From an uncultured Candidatus Saccharibacteria bacterium (GTDB taxonomy: Bacteria > Patescibacteriota > Minisyncoccia > Phycocordibacterales > CSBR16-119): a DNA stretch of 64,000 nt. This document shows positions 1-10,259 of this stretch, piece after piece. The translations under genes were made by a program, and so were the position numbers. The stretch lies in contig CAZPVH010000001.1 in NCBI GenBank assembly GCA_964589975.1, forward strand, positions 164,853 through 228,852, written 5' to 3'. Position 1 is the first letter of the stretch. Every line of letters starts with the position of its first letter. Below the pieces are notes generated by a model that saw only the letters and a program-made list of their open reading frames with translations, did not search any database and was not told the origin of the DNA.

Positions 1-876
1 GACAACAAGCATGAAGCAGAGGACCAAGATAAAATCCTTGCCGTTTCGAATGAAGAGCATATTTTCAGTAACGTTCATACCGAAGATTCCGGTAATAAGC
101 GTGATTGGCAGCATGGTAAAGGTCATGGCTGTCAGAGTCTTCATGGTTTGGTTTGTTCGGGTGGTCAAAAGCGAGTCATTTGTCTCACGAAGGTCCGAGA
201 GAATCTCCTTGCCGACATCCAAAGTGTTCTTGACTCTGTTGTATTCTGATTGAACTAATTCCATTGTGTGCCTGAAACGGGCGTCAAAGAGTTCTACAGC
301 GACGGTTTCGAAAGATGAAATTATCTCGCCATGATGTCTGAGGGCTTGTTTAAAATTTAGGAACTTTCTATTCGTGTTCGATATGATCCCTACAGCTTCT
401 GCTTGACGACCCTTGAAAATATCTTCCTCGATCTTTTTAAGCGAGTCGTTTATGTTCTCGAGGTTCTCCAATGAATGCTTGTAGATCTCGCGCATGAGTC
501 CGGCGAAGATATAGCCGGCGTGTTCGCCGAGGCGACTGATCTCTAGAAACGATTCTTTGTCGAAAAGCCTGGAGAAATTGTGCATTGGATCGATCTTTTC
601 ATAACGCGTGGTGATGAGATAGTTTTTGCCCACGATAAAATCAATCTCCTGTTCAGAATTTTCCCGGCCGGGGGCAATGACGGGGAAGTGGAGCACCAGG
701 TAAATTAGCTTATTGCGCTCGTAGTACTCGACTTTTGAGCGAAGTGTGCAGGTCCCGAGGTCATCGGCCATGGATTCGGGCAAATCAAATTCCTCGAGTG
801 TTGTCATTATCTCAGCTCTGGTCGGAGACTCCAGATCTACCCAAACGGTATTTTTCCATTTATATTTAGACACCAT
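1..876 (-). CDS. corA: CorA-family Mg2+ transporter, 3' end outside window
   Basis: Reverse frame from ATG at 876 reads MVSKYKWKNTVWVDLESPT; near the window edge it has MKTLTAMTFTMLPITLITGIFGMN, the CorA GMN motif. Confidence 0.88.
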   Translation of the reverse strand, partial: MVSKYKWKNTVWVDLESPTRAEIMTTLEEFDLPESMADDLGTCTLRSKVEYYERNKLIYLVLHFPVIAPGRENSEQEIDFIVGKNYLITTRYEKIDPMHNFSRLFDKESFLEISRLGEHAGYIFAGLMREIYKHSLENLENINDSLKKIEEDIFKGRQAEAVGIISNTNRKFLNFKQALRHHGEIISSFETVAVELFDARFRHTMELVQSEYNRVKNTLDVGKEILSDLRETNDSLLTTRTNQTMKTLTAMTFTMLPITLITGIFGMNVTENMLFIRNGKDFILVLCFMLVV

Positions 877-979
877 GATACGGACAATTATAGCCTGAAA
901 ACACCCTTTATTTCATGATTTATTTGGGGATAAGGGCGGGGATTGCATTTTTTTAGGTTTCGGGTAGAATACTCCCATT

Positions 980-1297
980 ATGCAATTTGCAGTTATAAAA
1001 ACAGGCGGAAAGCAATACAAGGTCGCCGAGGGCGATACTTTGAAGATCGAGAAACTCTCGGGCGATTTCAAGAAGGGCGACAAGCTCTCTTTCGACGAGG
1101 TACTCTTCCTCGATGACGGTTCCAAGTCGACTCTCGGTATGCCCCTAATCTCAGGCAAGAAAGTAGAGGCTACTTTTGTTGAAGCTGGCCGAAACAAGAC
1201 TATCGACGTTATCAAATACAAGGCTAAGTCTAACTACTACAAAAAGCGTGGTCACCGACAGCCATTTTTCAAGGTTAAAATCGGAAAAATCGCCTAA
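980..1297 (+). CDS. rplU: 50S ribosomal protein L21
   Basis: FAVIKTGGKQYKV and KKRGHRQ motifs. Confidence 0.97.
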   Translation: MQFAVIKTGGKQYKVAEGDTLKIEKLSGDFKKGDKLSFDEVLFLDDGSKSTLGMPLISGKKVEATFVEAGRNKTIDVIKYKAKSNYYKKRGHRQPFFKVKIGKIA

Positions 1298-1399
1298 CGA
1301 AAACCCTCCGGCAACGGAGGTTTTTTGTTGATCCTAGTATCACCCTTGAGGTTGACAAAAGCCATTTTTTCGTGTAAACAGAGGACAAAACCCAGAACA

Positions 1400-2287
1400 A
1401 TGAAAAAATGTAGCCAGCTTCTCCTTGTCGTCCTTGTGGCGAGCATCGAGTCGTGTACTAACGGAAGGCCAATATTCGCACCGAACATCCCAGATGACGT
1501 CGAGATACCCTCGAATGCGGATCCGGTTACGGCCCGCCGAAACCAAAGGCTCGACTCCACTGTCGTCAGTATTGAGATATTAGGAAATAAGGATTCGGTT
1601 ATTTCTGAGGCAAAGCTTGTTCTTGTTGAGCGAGCATCTTTTCGGGACGGATACGGACGGCCCTATTCTACATACAGCGTAGGTGCAGGAAAGTACGTAA
1701 AAAAGTTCGGTCTGCCGGAAGAGCACTTCAAGATGGGTTCGGACAGCGTCCTCTATGACTGGTTTGGTCTACCGGTAGGTAGGTTACGACTTGAGTTCAA
1801 CTGTCCCTGTACCAAAAGTACTGGAACCAAACTCGAGTTTTGGCAGGATTCAATGGCAACTCGCCTGCCGGTAAAGCTGCTAATGGGTAAGCCTAAACTG
1901 GTCGACGATCATAACGGAAAGTATCCAATCCCAGGGATATCTGTCTATGCACTTGATACGATAGTGAGCCCTAAGGATTCGAGTGCATTCCTTCTGGCCC
2001 CTGTTGTAAAAGGGGATCGGGTATGCAAGTTCTTTGAGCTCATACGAAGCGACCGCTTCGTCGCAAACGGAGTGAAGGAAACATTCTACCAGCCACACTT
2101 TTCTGACTATCGTCATCTTGGTAAGAAGCAAAACAAGGATGGCAGTGAGGACTACACGGTAGACGGTGTTCGCATCAAATACTTCGTGATTGTGACAGAG
2201 GTGCCAACCGTGATCATGGGTGCTGTAAAGCAGAAGCACGAAGGACGTGACAGAAAAAAGCGCAAAGGGAAAAAGCCCGTTTCCTGA
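1400..2287 (+). CDS. Hypothetical exported or lipoprotein-like protein (accessory unit)
   Basis: ATG at 1400 after TTGACA (1352) and an A/C-rich leader; hydrophobic N-terminus ending IESC; hairpin at ~2292-2320. Confidence 0.7.
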   Translation: MKKCSQLLLVVLVASIESCTNGRPIFAPNIPDDVEIPSNADPVTARRNQRLDSTVVSIEILGNKDSVISEAKLVLVERASFRDGYGRPYSTYSVGAGKYVKKFGLPEEHFKMGSDSVLYDWFGLPVGRLRLEFNCPCTKSTGTKLEFWQDSMATRLPVKLLMGKPKLVDDHNGKYPIPGISVYALDTIVSPKDSSAFLLAPVVKGDRVCKFFELIRSDRFVANGVKETFYQPHFSDYRHLGKKQNKDGSEDYTVDGVRIKYFVIVTEVPTVIMGAVKQKHEGRDRKKRKGKKPVS

Positions 2288-2391
2288 AGAGAGGCCCGCC
2301 ACCACGGGCCTTTTTCTTTTCCACATAGGGATTTGACAACCTTGCGGAAAATTTGCGGATAGATATAATTGGTTTAAACCTCCTAACACCC

Positions 2392-2790
2392 ATGAAGATC
2401 GTTAAAACTGTCCTCCTCGGACTCGCGGCGCTCTTCATGAGTCCCGCATTTTCCCAAGAAGCGTCGGGAAGCTCTCTTCCGCCTGGTTGTGCCCTCGTTG
2501 AGTCGGCCAACTCGGATGGAAGCCTGAACCTCTCGCCGCAGTACAGCAGCACCTTCCCTCGTCGCGAGGGTAAGACATACTGTTGCACCGTCTCCGTCTC
2601 AAACGAAGACTTCCTTCTGCACTACACTCAGGGAACCTTCTACCTCTGCAAGCAGCAGTTCGATGGGACGATACGCAACATCACTTTTCGGATCCCAGGT
2701 CCTTTTGTTCTCGCGCCCTGTGAGAAGAAAAAAGGTCCAGAGGCTCCGGCAATCTCGGTCAATCAAGATCTTGGCACCCTACTGCCGTGA
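2392..2790 (+). CDS. Hypothetical secreted Cys-rich protein (accessory unit)
   Basis: Signal peptide MKIVKTVLLGLAALFMSPAFS-Q; own promoter; hairpin at ~2804-2830. Confidence 0.7.
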   Translation: MKIVKTVLLGLAALFMSPAFSQEASGSSLPPGCALVESANSDGSLNLSPQYSSTFPRREGKTYCCTVSVSNEDFLLHYTQGTFYLCKQQFDGTIRNITFRIPGPFVLAPCEKKKGPEAPAISVNQDLGTLLP

Positions 2791-2845
2791 TCGATTGCCG
2801 AACAAGGTCCCCGCATTGTCGGGGGCCTTTCAATTTGTATAAAAA

Positions 2846-3463
2846 TTATTTGCGATTGGTAAACGCGCTTTCAAAAGTTTCTTTATCAGAATACTCGAGC
2901 TCTGTTCCGGTTGAGAGTCCGCGGCCGAGGATGGAAATTTTGAGGCCCTTCTCCTCAAAAGCTTTTAATTTCTCTTTCAGATATTCCAGGGTGTACTCAC
3001 CCTGAGGATTAAGCGACAATCCAAGAATGAGTTCTTTAAGTTCTCCCGCTTCAATTTTTTTCCTAACTATTTCTTGAAGTTCACGAACACGAATTATGTC
3101 GTCAGGATTCTTCGCCAAGACGGGGATAGAGCCGCCGAGTACAAAATAGAGGCCTTTATAAAAATGCATACTTTCGAGGTTTTCGAGATCGGAATCTTTT
3201 TCTACAACCAGAAGCAGCGTTCGGTCGCGGTTTGGGTCCCGTACAATAGGGGAGAGAGTTTCTTTTGGATTTTCAGAATAAAAATATTGAAAAGATTCCT
3301 GACAGAGACGAATATTATCCTTGAGTCTTGCGATAGCGTTCGTAAGGTCTCTTGAAAAGGCTGAATTTTTCCTAAGTAAATAATAGACAAATCTTTTGGC
3401 CTGACGCTTGCCGACGCCCGGAAATTTCTCGAAATATTCGGCTAGTTTTTCAATGCTGTTCAT
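2846..3463 (-). CDS. recR: Recombination protein RecR with degenerate Zn finger
   Basis: FPGVGKRQAKR HhH motif, TOPRIM VVE..D, GLSTGTELEY. Confidence 0.93.
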   Translation of the reverse strand: MNSIEKLAEYFEKFPGVGKRQAKRFVYYLLRKNSAFSRDLTNAIARLKDNIRLCQESFQYFYSENPKETLSPIVRDPNRDRTLLLVVEKDSDLENLESMHFYKGLYFVLGGSIPVLAKNPDDIIRVRELQEIVRKKIEAGELKELILGLSLNPQGEYTLEYLKEKLKAFEEKGLKISILGRGLSTGTELEYSDKETFESAFTNRK

Positions 3464-3465
3464 AT

Positions 3466-4872
3466 TTAGAATTCATCGAATGAATTTTTTGCCTGCGTTG
3501 GTGTCGTTACGCCAAAGTCACCATTCTTTTCTATTGATAGGAAAGTAGAATTTTTCTCGTCGAAGAACAGATCCACTTTACCAACAGGACCATTTCGGTG
3601 TTTCTCGATGAGGATCTCAGCGATACCCGTGGACTCGGCATCGGTTCGGGTGCCCGCACGGTCTTCGCGGTGTATGAACATGACCACATCGGCGTCCTGC
3701 TCGATGGAACCGGAGTCTCGAAGGTCAGACAGACGTGGTTTGCCGCCACGTGATTCCACCGCACGAGAGAGCTGTGACAGGGCGAGCACTGGTACATCGA
3801 GCTCTCGGGCAAGACCTTTCAACGAGCGGGAAATTTCTGTAACTTGGTTCACCATACTGTCATAGTTTTTTGATGTGGTCATGAGCTGGAGATAGTCAAT
3901 GACGATGAGCCCAAGGCCGAACTCACTCTTCAGGCGTCTTGCGACGGACTTCATTTTAATAATTGAGTTACCGGCCTGATCATCAATATATATTGGAGCT
4001 TGAGAAAGCTCGTTAAGAGAATCACGGATTTTGCCGAAGTCATTTTCGTTTGTAATTTTTCCAGTTCGAAGTTTCCAAGCGTCGACATGCGACTGAGCAG
4101 AGAGCATGCGCTGGGTTAACTGATTGGCGCTCATTTCAAGTGAGAAGATACCGACAGGGATCTTTGATTTGACGGCGGCGTTTCTCGCAATATCGAGCGC
4201 GAGAGTAGTTTTACCGACGGATGGACGTGCGGCCAAGATGATGAGGTCAGACTTATGAAGTCCGCCAAGGAGGTTATCAAGCGCCGGATATCCTGTCGGT
4301 ACGCCACCAGGGCCGCCGTCTCCGCTATGAAGCTTTTCAAGCTGATCCCAAACCTCCGTCAAACTTTGTTTGATCGATACGAATTTCTGACCTTTTGGGT
4401 CGCCGGTAATGGCAAAGATTTTTTTCTCTGCTTCGTCCATGATTGTCTCGACATCGGTATCGGATTCGGAAAAACCGACGGTCGAGAGGTGCTCGCCGGC
4501 CTCGATGAGCTTTCTCATCAGCGCTTTCTTATATACGATACCCGCGTAATGTTTTACGTTAGTTGAAGCTGGTACTGAGTTCGTGAGATCGGTCAGGTAT
4601 GCTCGGCCACCGATCTGTTCGAGTTGGCCGCGGCTCTTGAGACTTGTTGAAAGCGAGAGCAGGTCGATCGGCTCATTCTTTGAAAAAAGGTCGATCATGG
4701 CCTTGAATATTATTCGGTGCTTTTCTGAGTAGCACGACTCGGCATTGAAGATATCAATGATTTCGTTCAGCGCGGCTGGGTTTAACATTATAGATCCGAG
4801 GGTTGCTTGCTCGGCATCCAAGTCGTGTGGTGGCACGCGCACGTGTTTAGGTTTTATCGGGGCTTCAGACAT
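3466..4872 (-). CDS. dnaB: Replicative DNA helicase DnaB
   Basis: PPHDLDAEQ, AARPSVGKT, IDYLQL, SDLRDSGSIEQDAD. Confidence 0.98.
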   Translation of the reverse strand: MSEAPIKPKHVRVPPHDLDAEQATLGSIMLNPAALNEIIDIFNAESCYSEKHRIIFKAMIDLFSKNEPIDLLSLSTSLKSRGQLEQIGGRAYLTDLTNSVPASTNVKHYAGIVYKKALMRKLIEAGEHLSTVGFSESDTDVETIMDEAEKKIFAITGDPKGQKFVSIKQSLTEVWDQLEKLHSGDGGPGGVPTGYPALDNLLGGLHKSDLIILAARPSVGKTTLALDIARNAAVKSKIPVGIFSLEMSANQLTQRMLSAQSHVDAWKLRTGKITNENDFGKIRDSLNELSQAPIYIDDQAGNSIIKMKSVARRLKSEFGLGLIVIDYLQLMTTSKNYDSMVNQVTEISRSLKGLARELDVPVLALSQLSRAVESRGGKPRLSDLRDSGSIEQDADVVMFIHREDRAGTRTDAESTGIAEILIEKHRNGPVGKVDLFFDEKNSTFLSIEKNGDFGVTTPTQAKNSFDEF

Positions 4873-5016
4873 AGGGTGATTCTAGCACATTGGCGAGGTT
4901 CAGAAATCGGAAGGGAATAATGGGGATTGAGTGGATTGTGGGGAAATGGGGAGTATTGATTTAATTCTAAATATATGGTAAAAACTAGCAAAACCAGAAC
5001 CTAAAAACCTGTAAAC

Positions 5017-5736
5017 ATGGAGAACCGATTCACTGAGAGGGACTCGATTCCTTACATTAAAAGATTCCTGCAGAGTCTTGCTCACGTGACCTTTTTGGTA
5101 GTGAGTATCCCGTTCCTCACGCTGCTTATCCGCTACATGACGGGTCAGCACGACAATCCTGTTCTTGTTGCCATGGTGGGCTTTTCGACCGTAGCGCTGT
5201 GGCTGCTCTTGGCTGTTTTTTATATCTTCTTCCTTGATCGTTTGGTAGAACATCTGGGTCAAAGCAAGAATTGGTATATGCGCTTTTTGCGCCACGAGCG
5301 AATGGTAAACTCGAGTCTTCTCGAGTACTACAACAATCAGGGGAAGATCAGATCCATGTATCGCAACAGCTGCAAGAGGCTTCTGGCTTCCAAAGGCGAC
5401 CGTGATCAGCAGCGGGAGTTTCTCTTGAGAACGCATCGACAATACTTGAGTCAGCTTCAGACCGCCGTTACCAGGCTTCCGAAATCCGAGCAGAAAGCGG
5501 CCGAACGGAAAAGGGAGCTAGAGACGGACAGGTTCCTAGACAAGTTGCTTGATCTCGAGGATAAGCCAATTGATCCGGAGAACGCGGAATACATTTTGGA
5601 GAAGAACGCGGCTTTGGCTGGTGCGGAGAAGGACATCGCCGAGCTTCGGGAGCTTTACACGGAAACAAAGAAGCGTATTGCTGAGCTCGATAGGCTCATC
5701 AATGAGAGCGAGCGGGTCCAGGAAGTACACGTATGA
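5017..5736 (+). CDS. Hypothetical protein, 2 TM helices plus coiled coil (accessory unit)
   Basis: 239-aa ORF; AAAACC-rich leader; hairpin at 5741-5762. Confidence 0.7.
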   Translation: MENRFTERDSIPYIKRFLQSLAHVTFLVVSIPFLTLLIRYMTGQHDNPVLVAMVGFSTVALWLLLAVFYIFFLDRLVEHLGQSKNWYMRFLRHERMVNSSLLEYYNNQGKIRSMYRNSCKRLLASKGDRDQQREFLLRTHRQYLSQLQTAVTRLPKSEQKAAERKRELETDRFLDKLLDLEDKPIDPENAEYILEKNAALAGAEKDIAELRELYTETKKRIAELDRLINESERVQEVHV

Positions 5737-5764
5737 AGAAAGGCGCCTCTCGGGGCGCCTTTTC

Positions 5765-6181
5765 TTATTGCAGTTTTGTCTTCTTGATCCTGTGTGAATC
5801 CTTGCTAAAGAACCTAGCGTAAGGAGTTTTGAAGAAGTACTGATAGATATCTGAGTCGTCTAGATGGAGATCTATTCCCGTACGCTCACAGTATTCAGCT
5901 TTGGTCTTGTCCCAGAGGTATGGATCCAGGTGGGGTTCGTTTTTCTCATCCCAGCGTATATCTGTGCCGATTTCTGTATGATAATCAGTAATAGAGAAGA
6001 AGTGCGTAAAAGATATGCCAAGTTCTCGCACGACCTCTTCTTCTTGGCTTCTTCGCGTTCCTGTAATGAGATGAACCTCCCAGCCGGACGCCACCAATAT
6101 CCTTGTTAGCTCTTTAAAAAATTCTGGTTTCGAATCCGCGACGCCATGGATGTCGATGCCAATTTTGAACGCTTTTTCCAT
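5765..6181 (-). CDS. HAD-superfamily hydrolase-like protein
   Basis: KIGIDIHGV (motif I variant), LITG, HLDDS; TATAAT 6 nt before ATG 6181. Confidence 0.75.
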   Translation of the reverse strand: MEKAFKIGIDIHGVADSKPEFFKELTRILVASGWEVHLITGTRRSQEEEVVRELGISFTHFFSITDYHTEIGTDIRWDEKNEPHLDPYLWDKTKAEYCERTGIDLHLDDSDIYQYFFKTPYARFFSKDSHRIKKTKLQ

Positions 6182-6242
6182 GCCGCTATTATATATCCTT
6201 TTTAACACTATTTCCAGGGGCTATGTTATAATTTCTCCCGTC

Positions 6243-7910
6243 ATGATACATCTATTGTTTCCGGGAAGGCATCTTTTGAATACTAAGTTTCAAGAAGATT
6301 ACTTATGGGAGGTTTTGCGCCTACCTATTTCGAAGCTAAATTTGATAAGAAATGGAGACGTCCCGACAGATGAAAAGATTGGTAGCATTATATTTGCGGT
6401 TACTTCTTCAAACCAAGCAAACTCGAGGTATAACCCAATTGCATTTCATCACCGAATTATCAATCTTGATCGTTTTGCAAAGCAGTACAAGGATAATCTG
6501 GGAGTAAATTATAAGATATTCGGTGTCCCCAGATTTCCGCACACTGATAGGTTTGCTGAGTACGTATTGAAAGAAATTGCCGAAGTCTCTGAAAGCGATC
6601 TCAAACTTACCCCAGAAAATACCATCGTTCTTTGTTCAACAAAGAATCTAATTGATCAGTACAGAGGGCTTGGTTTCAGTATTCTTCCTGCTGAATTTGA
6701 TCCAGAGGATGGAACCACAAAAGCCGATACACCGATAGATATTGTGAGGCAAATTGTAGGGCGGGGGGAATATTTTGACCACGACAAAACCCTGACAGAA
6801 AAAATTTCGCGAACGAGCCTTCAATTCTTAGGTGATTTTCCTGATGTGGTAAAAAAGATTTTGCGGCTATGGCACGATCCCTTACTTACTGAATCTGGTT
6901 CATTGACCGAAGAGCGTAACTACAGCACTTACGCCTACGGTATGAATCATATGAATCTTATCAATCTAAAATACCAGGACATCGTGGGGGCGGTGAGGGA
7001 AGGAAAGATCGCCGACGAAGGCTGCGCCGACGGCGCGCTCATGGTTAAACTCGCCCATGATTTTCCGGACTCAGACATTATAGGAATTGAAATCACGACA
7101 GAATTTACTGCCCGTTGCGAAGAGCGTCTCCGGGCCGGCGAGTTCGGCGGCTCATTCGTATATTTCCATCAGCGCAATCTCCTTGAAAAGATTTTTGAAG
7201 ATAACAGCATTGACACTACTATCTGTAACTCCACAACTCATGAACTCTGGTCATATGGCGAAAAGGGTGAAAGCCTCATGAATTATCTTGGCATGAAGTA
7301 TGACCAGGCTACCAAAAATGGTCGGATCGTTATTCGTGATGTTGTGGGTCCAGAGAATAAAGATTCAATGGTCTATATGGAGCTAAATGATAGTGATGGA
7401 TCTAATGAAAACATTTTTCATAATCCGGAGCATAAAGAAGACCTGGCGGCGCATTTGTCAGCCCTTTCTACCTACGCCAGGTTTCTTCGATTCGCCGAGG
7501 ATTATCTCTCCGGCATGAGAAGCTCTGGTAGGCGCGGAGAGGATTCAAGAATTAAATTCAAAGAGGTGGAAATTGCCAACAAGAAATACATTTATTTACG
7601 TCTTAAAGACGCGGTGGAATTTATAACGAAAAAGGATTATACCGATAACTGGAACAGCGAGCTGAATGAAGAGTTTGCGTTTTGGAGCTTTAGTGAATGG
7701 AAAGCAAATCTACGAAAGGCTGGTTTCCGAATCATCGAAAATCCAAATGAACCAAATACGTCATCCCGGGAATACAGCAATCATTGGATAGTTGAAAACC
7801 GATGGAAGGGAAAAGTGGGATTTTTTGAAATGAAAGACGGTAAGTTATCTGAACTTCCATATCCGCCGACGAATATGGTGCTAATTGGAGAAAAATATCC
7901 AACTAAATAG
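6243..7910 (+). CDS. Fusion of a nucleotidyltransferase-like N-domain and a class I SAM methyltransferase
   Basis: N-terminal LLFPGRH...TS.N....NP; C-terminal ADEGCADG SAM motif and VIRD. Confidence 0.7.
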   Translation: MIHLLFPGRHLLNTKFQEDYLWEVLRLPISKLNLIRNGDVPTDEKIGSIIFAVTSSNQANSRYNPIAFHHRIINLDRFAKQYKDNLGVNYKIFGVPRFPHTDRFAEYVLKEIAEVSESDLKLTPENTIVLCSTKNLIDQYRGLGFSILPAEFDPEDGTTKADTPIDIVRQIVGRGEYFDHDKTLTEKISRTSLQFLGDFPDVVKKILRLWHDPLLTESGSLTEERNYSTYAYGMNHMNLINLKYQDIVGAVREGKIADEGCADGALMVKLAHDFPDSDIIGIEITTEFTARCEERLRAGEFGGSFVYFHQRNLLEKIFEDNSIDTTICNSTTHELWSYGEKGESLMNYLGMKYDQATKNGRIVIRDVVGPENKDSMVYMELNDSDGSNENIFHNPEHKEDLAAHLSALSTYARFLRFAEDYLSGMRSSGRRGEDSRIKFKEVEIANKKYIYLRLKDAVEFITKKDYTDNWNSELNEEFAFWSFSEWKANLRKAGFRIIENPNEPNTSSREYSNHWIVENRWKGKVGFFEMKDGKLSELPYPPTNMVLIGEKYPTK

Positions 7911-7988
7911 GGCCAATAACACATATTGACAAATTAATTTATATATGCTATAGTGTAGTAGAAATTCACAAAACCAAAACATTTCATC

Positions 7989-8198
7989 ATGATCCAGATC
8001 ATCAGTCAGAGTCCTGTGAAAGCGGGTGGCCATGCCAAGCGCATGCAGATCGTCGAGAAGACCCGCGACGGCAAGAAGCTGTCCTCCAAGACGCGGCATC
8101 TGCGTCTGACCAACCCCAAGGAGGGTCGCTACGTGGACGGGTCTGACGGCAGGATCGCCTTCTGCGTCAAGGATCGGGAGTTGCATCGCGCCGCCTAG
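7989..8198 (+). CDS. Small basic hypothetical protein (accessory unit)
   Basis: TTGACA(7926)-N17-TATAGT; leader AAAACCAAAAC; GC-rich third positions; hairpin at 8214-8242. Confidence 0.7.
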   Translation: MIQIISQSPVKAGGHAKRMQIVEKTRDGKKLSSKTRHLRLTNPKEGRYVDGSDGRIAFCVKDRELHRAA

Positions 8199-8279
8199 AT
8201 GCATCATGATGGAAAAGGGCCCGCTTCGCGCGGGCCCTTTTTCTTTTGCTCATCTTTTGAAGTCTGTTAAAATATAAGC

Positions 8280-9254
8280 ATGGAAAAGAAGATTCTCGTT
8301 TCCGGCATCAAGCCGACTGGTGCCGTTCACATTGGCAATTATTTCGGCGCCATCAAGCAGTTCGTAGATATGCAAAAAGACTTTCAGTCGTTTGTCTTTT
8401 TGGCTGATTATCACGCTCTGACTTCTGTCGCGAGCCGCGAAACCATGATAAAGAATTCTTTCGATGCTATCTGTACATATCTTGCTTGCGGCCTAGATCC
8501 AAAGAGCGTCACACTCTACCGGCAATCGACCCTCCCTGAGCATGCCGAACTCACTTGGATGTTTAACTGTCTCGTCACTATGCCATGGCTTCAACGCGCG
8601 CATGCTTACAAAGATGCCGAAGCAAAGGGAAGTGAGATAAATGTAGGAACTTTTGATTACCCGGTCCTCATGGCCGCGGATATTCTCATGTATGACGCCG
8701 ACGTCGTGCCGGTTGGCCGCGACCAGGTTCAGCATGTTGAGATGGCTCGAGAAATTGCGGATAAATTCAATAATACCTACGGCGAAACTTTCAAGCGTCC
8801 GAAGGAGCTTTTGGTGAAAGATGTCGAAACTGTACCTGGAGTCGACGGTCGCAAGATGTCAAAGAGTTATGGCAACGTCATTCCACTTTTTGGGACAGAG
8901 GAGGAGATAAAAAAGGCCATCATGGGCATTGTAACCGACTCAAAGGCTCCAGAAGAGAAAAAAGTCGCCGAAGAAAATAATATTTATAAAGTATACAAAC
9001 TCCTGGCAACGCCGGATGAGCGAGAAGAAATGCGTCGCGGCTTCGAGGAGGGGGGCCTCGGTTATGGTGAGGCGAAGAAAAGACTTTTAGAGAAATTCAT
9101 GGCTTATTTCGGGCCTATGCGAAAGGTCTACGAAAAGCTTCAGAGCAATCCGAAGAAGGTGTATAATATCCTTCGCCGCGGTGAGAAAAGAGTCCGCAAG
9201 ATCGCCGAGCGCAAGATGGAAACCGTTCGAAATCTGGCCGGCTTGCGAAACTGA
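8280..9254 (+). CDS. trpS: Tryptophanyl-tRNA synthetase
   Basis: SGIKPTG.VHIGNY, YPVLMAADIL, VPVGRDQ, KMSKS. Confidence 0.98.
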   Translation: MEKKILVSGIKPTGAVHIGNYFGAIKQFVDMQKDFQSFVFLADYHALTSVASRETMIKNSFDAICTYLACGLDPKSVTLYRQSTLPEHAELTWMFNCLVTMPWLQRAHAYKDAEAKGSEINVGTFDYPVLMAADILMYDADVVPVGRDQVQHVEMAREIADKFNNTYGETFKRPKELLVKDVETVPGVDGRKMSKSYGNVIPLFGTEEEIKKAIMGIVTDSKAPEEKKVAEENNIYKVYKLLATPDEREEMRRGFEEGGLGYGEAKKRLLEKFMAYFGPMRKVYEKLQSNPKKVYNILRRGEKRVRKIAERKMETVRNLAGLRN

Positions 9255-9291
9255 GTCGGATAGAGGCGTTTATAATCTAATTTTTTATATC

Positions 9292-9480
9292 ATGAAGAAT
9301 TTCGTAATGATCCTTATCATTTTGGTTGTGGCTATAGCCGTCATCGTTTTAGTGAAGCGCGGACAGGGAACAGATCTTCCAGATAATTCTGCCGCCGGAG
9401 GAACGATGCTCGAAGGAACACCAGAGCCGGATAATGGCATGATCGGTGGAGACGCTGATGCAGGAGTGATCGTGCAATAG
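9292..9480 (+). CDS. Small single-TM protein
   Basis: MKNFVMILIILVVAIAVIVLVK followed by an acidic tail. Confidence 0.6.
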   Translation: MKNFVMILIILVVAIAVIVLVKRGQGTDLPDNSAAGGTMLEGTPEPDNGMIGGDADAGVIVQ

Positions 9481-9548
9481 TTTTGACAAACCCAAAGATC
9501 TGAGTAAACTTTTATACTGTAACGTACAAAAACCAAAAACCGAAAGCC

Positions 9549-9773
9549 ATGGCTAAAGAGACGAGAAAGAGACGCGGGCGTCTTCCGGTTGATCCGAATT
9601 TGGATGTAAGGGGCATGCTCGATATCGAGCGAGACGTAGAACGAGAAACCGACATTTTCAAGCCTGACTCAACCGAGTCCGAAGACGTACAGATCTTGCG
9701 TCTTAACGAAGAGAAGAGCAGTTCTTCCTCAGAGGAAAAGGAGGGAGAGAAAAAGGTCGCGGCTGAAGGTTAA
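9549..9773 (+). CDS. Small charged hypothetical protein (accessory unit)
   Basis: TTGACA at 9483; leader AAAAACCAAAAACC; hairpin at 9781-9806. Confidence 0.65.
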   Translation: MAKETRKRRGRLPVDPNLDVRGMLDIERDVERETDIFKPDSTESEDVQILRLNEEKSSSSSEEKEGEKKVAAEG

Positions 9774-9858
9774 CCCATTTGAAGGGCTCCGCTTGCGGAG
9801 CCCTTCGCTTTTCTTGCCCATAGCCCAATTTTCTGTTATAGTCCCGAAAACTTCGCTC

Positions 9859-10185
9859 ATGCCAAAAGAGTATTCCATAGAAGAGCTCCGGATCATTTTG
9901 AAATGCAGAGCGGCTAGAAAAAAACACGTTTTTCTCGCCATACTCGCTCTGTTCTGCGCGATGTTCGCGATCGGCTACTCATTTACACTTACGCTTGCTC
10001 TGATCGGCCGTCTGGCGCTCAGTACGAAAGTCGTCGTCGGCGCTCTGTTCTTTGGCGGCTCGGTGGCTTATGTTATTTGCTACCTTTTGGTTGTACGTCC
10101 CGGAAGTCGTTCAAATTTCCTGGCCCTAAGGACCAAGGCCGATGAGATAGAATGTCTGCACCGAGACTCTATACCCTCCAAGTGA
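9859..10185 (+). CDS. Small 2-TM membrane protein (accessory unit)
   Basis: TTGCCC-N17-TATAGT, ATG at 9859, hairpin at ~10185-10207. Confidence 0.65.
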   Translation: MPKEYSIEELRIILKCRAARKKHVFLAILALFCAMFAIGYSFTLTLALIGRLALSTKVVVGALFFGGSVAYVICYLLVVRPGSRSNFLALRTKADEIECLHRDSIPSK

Positions 10186-10259
10186 AGCCCCTGACATTAG
10201 GGGTTTTACTTTTGGGGTGGGGCTTGCATCTTTTTTTAAGATATGCATAATGATATTTA

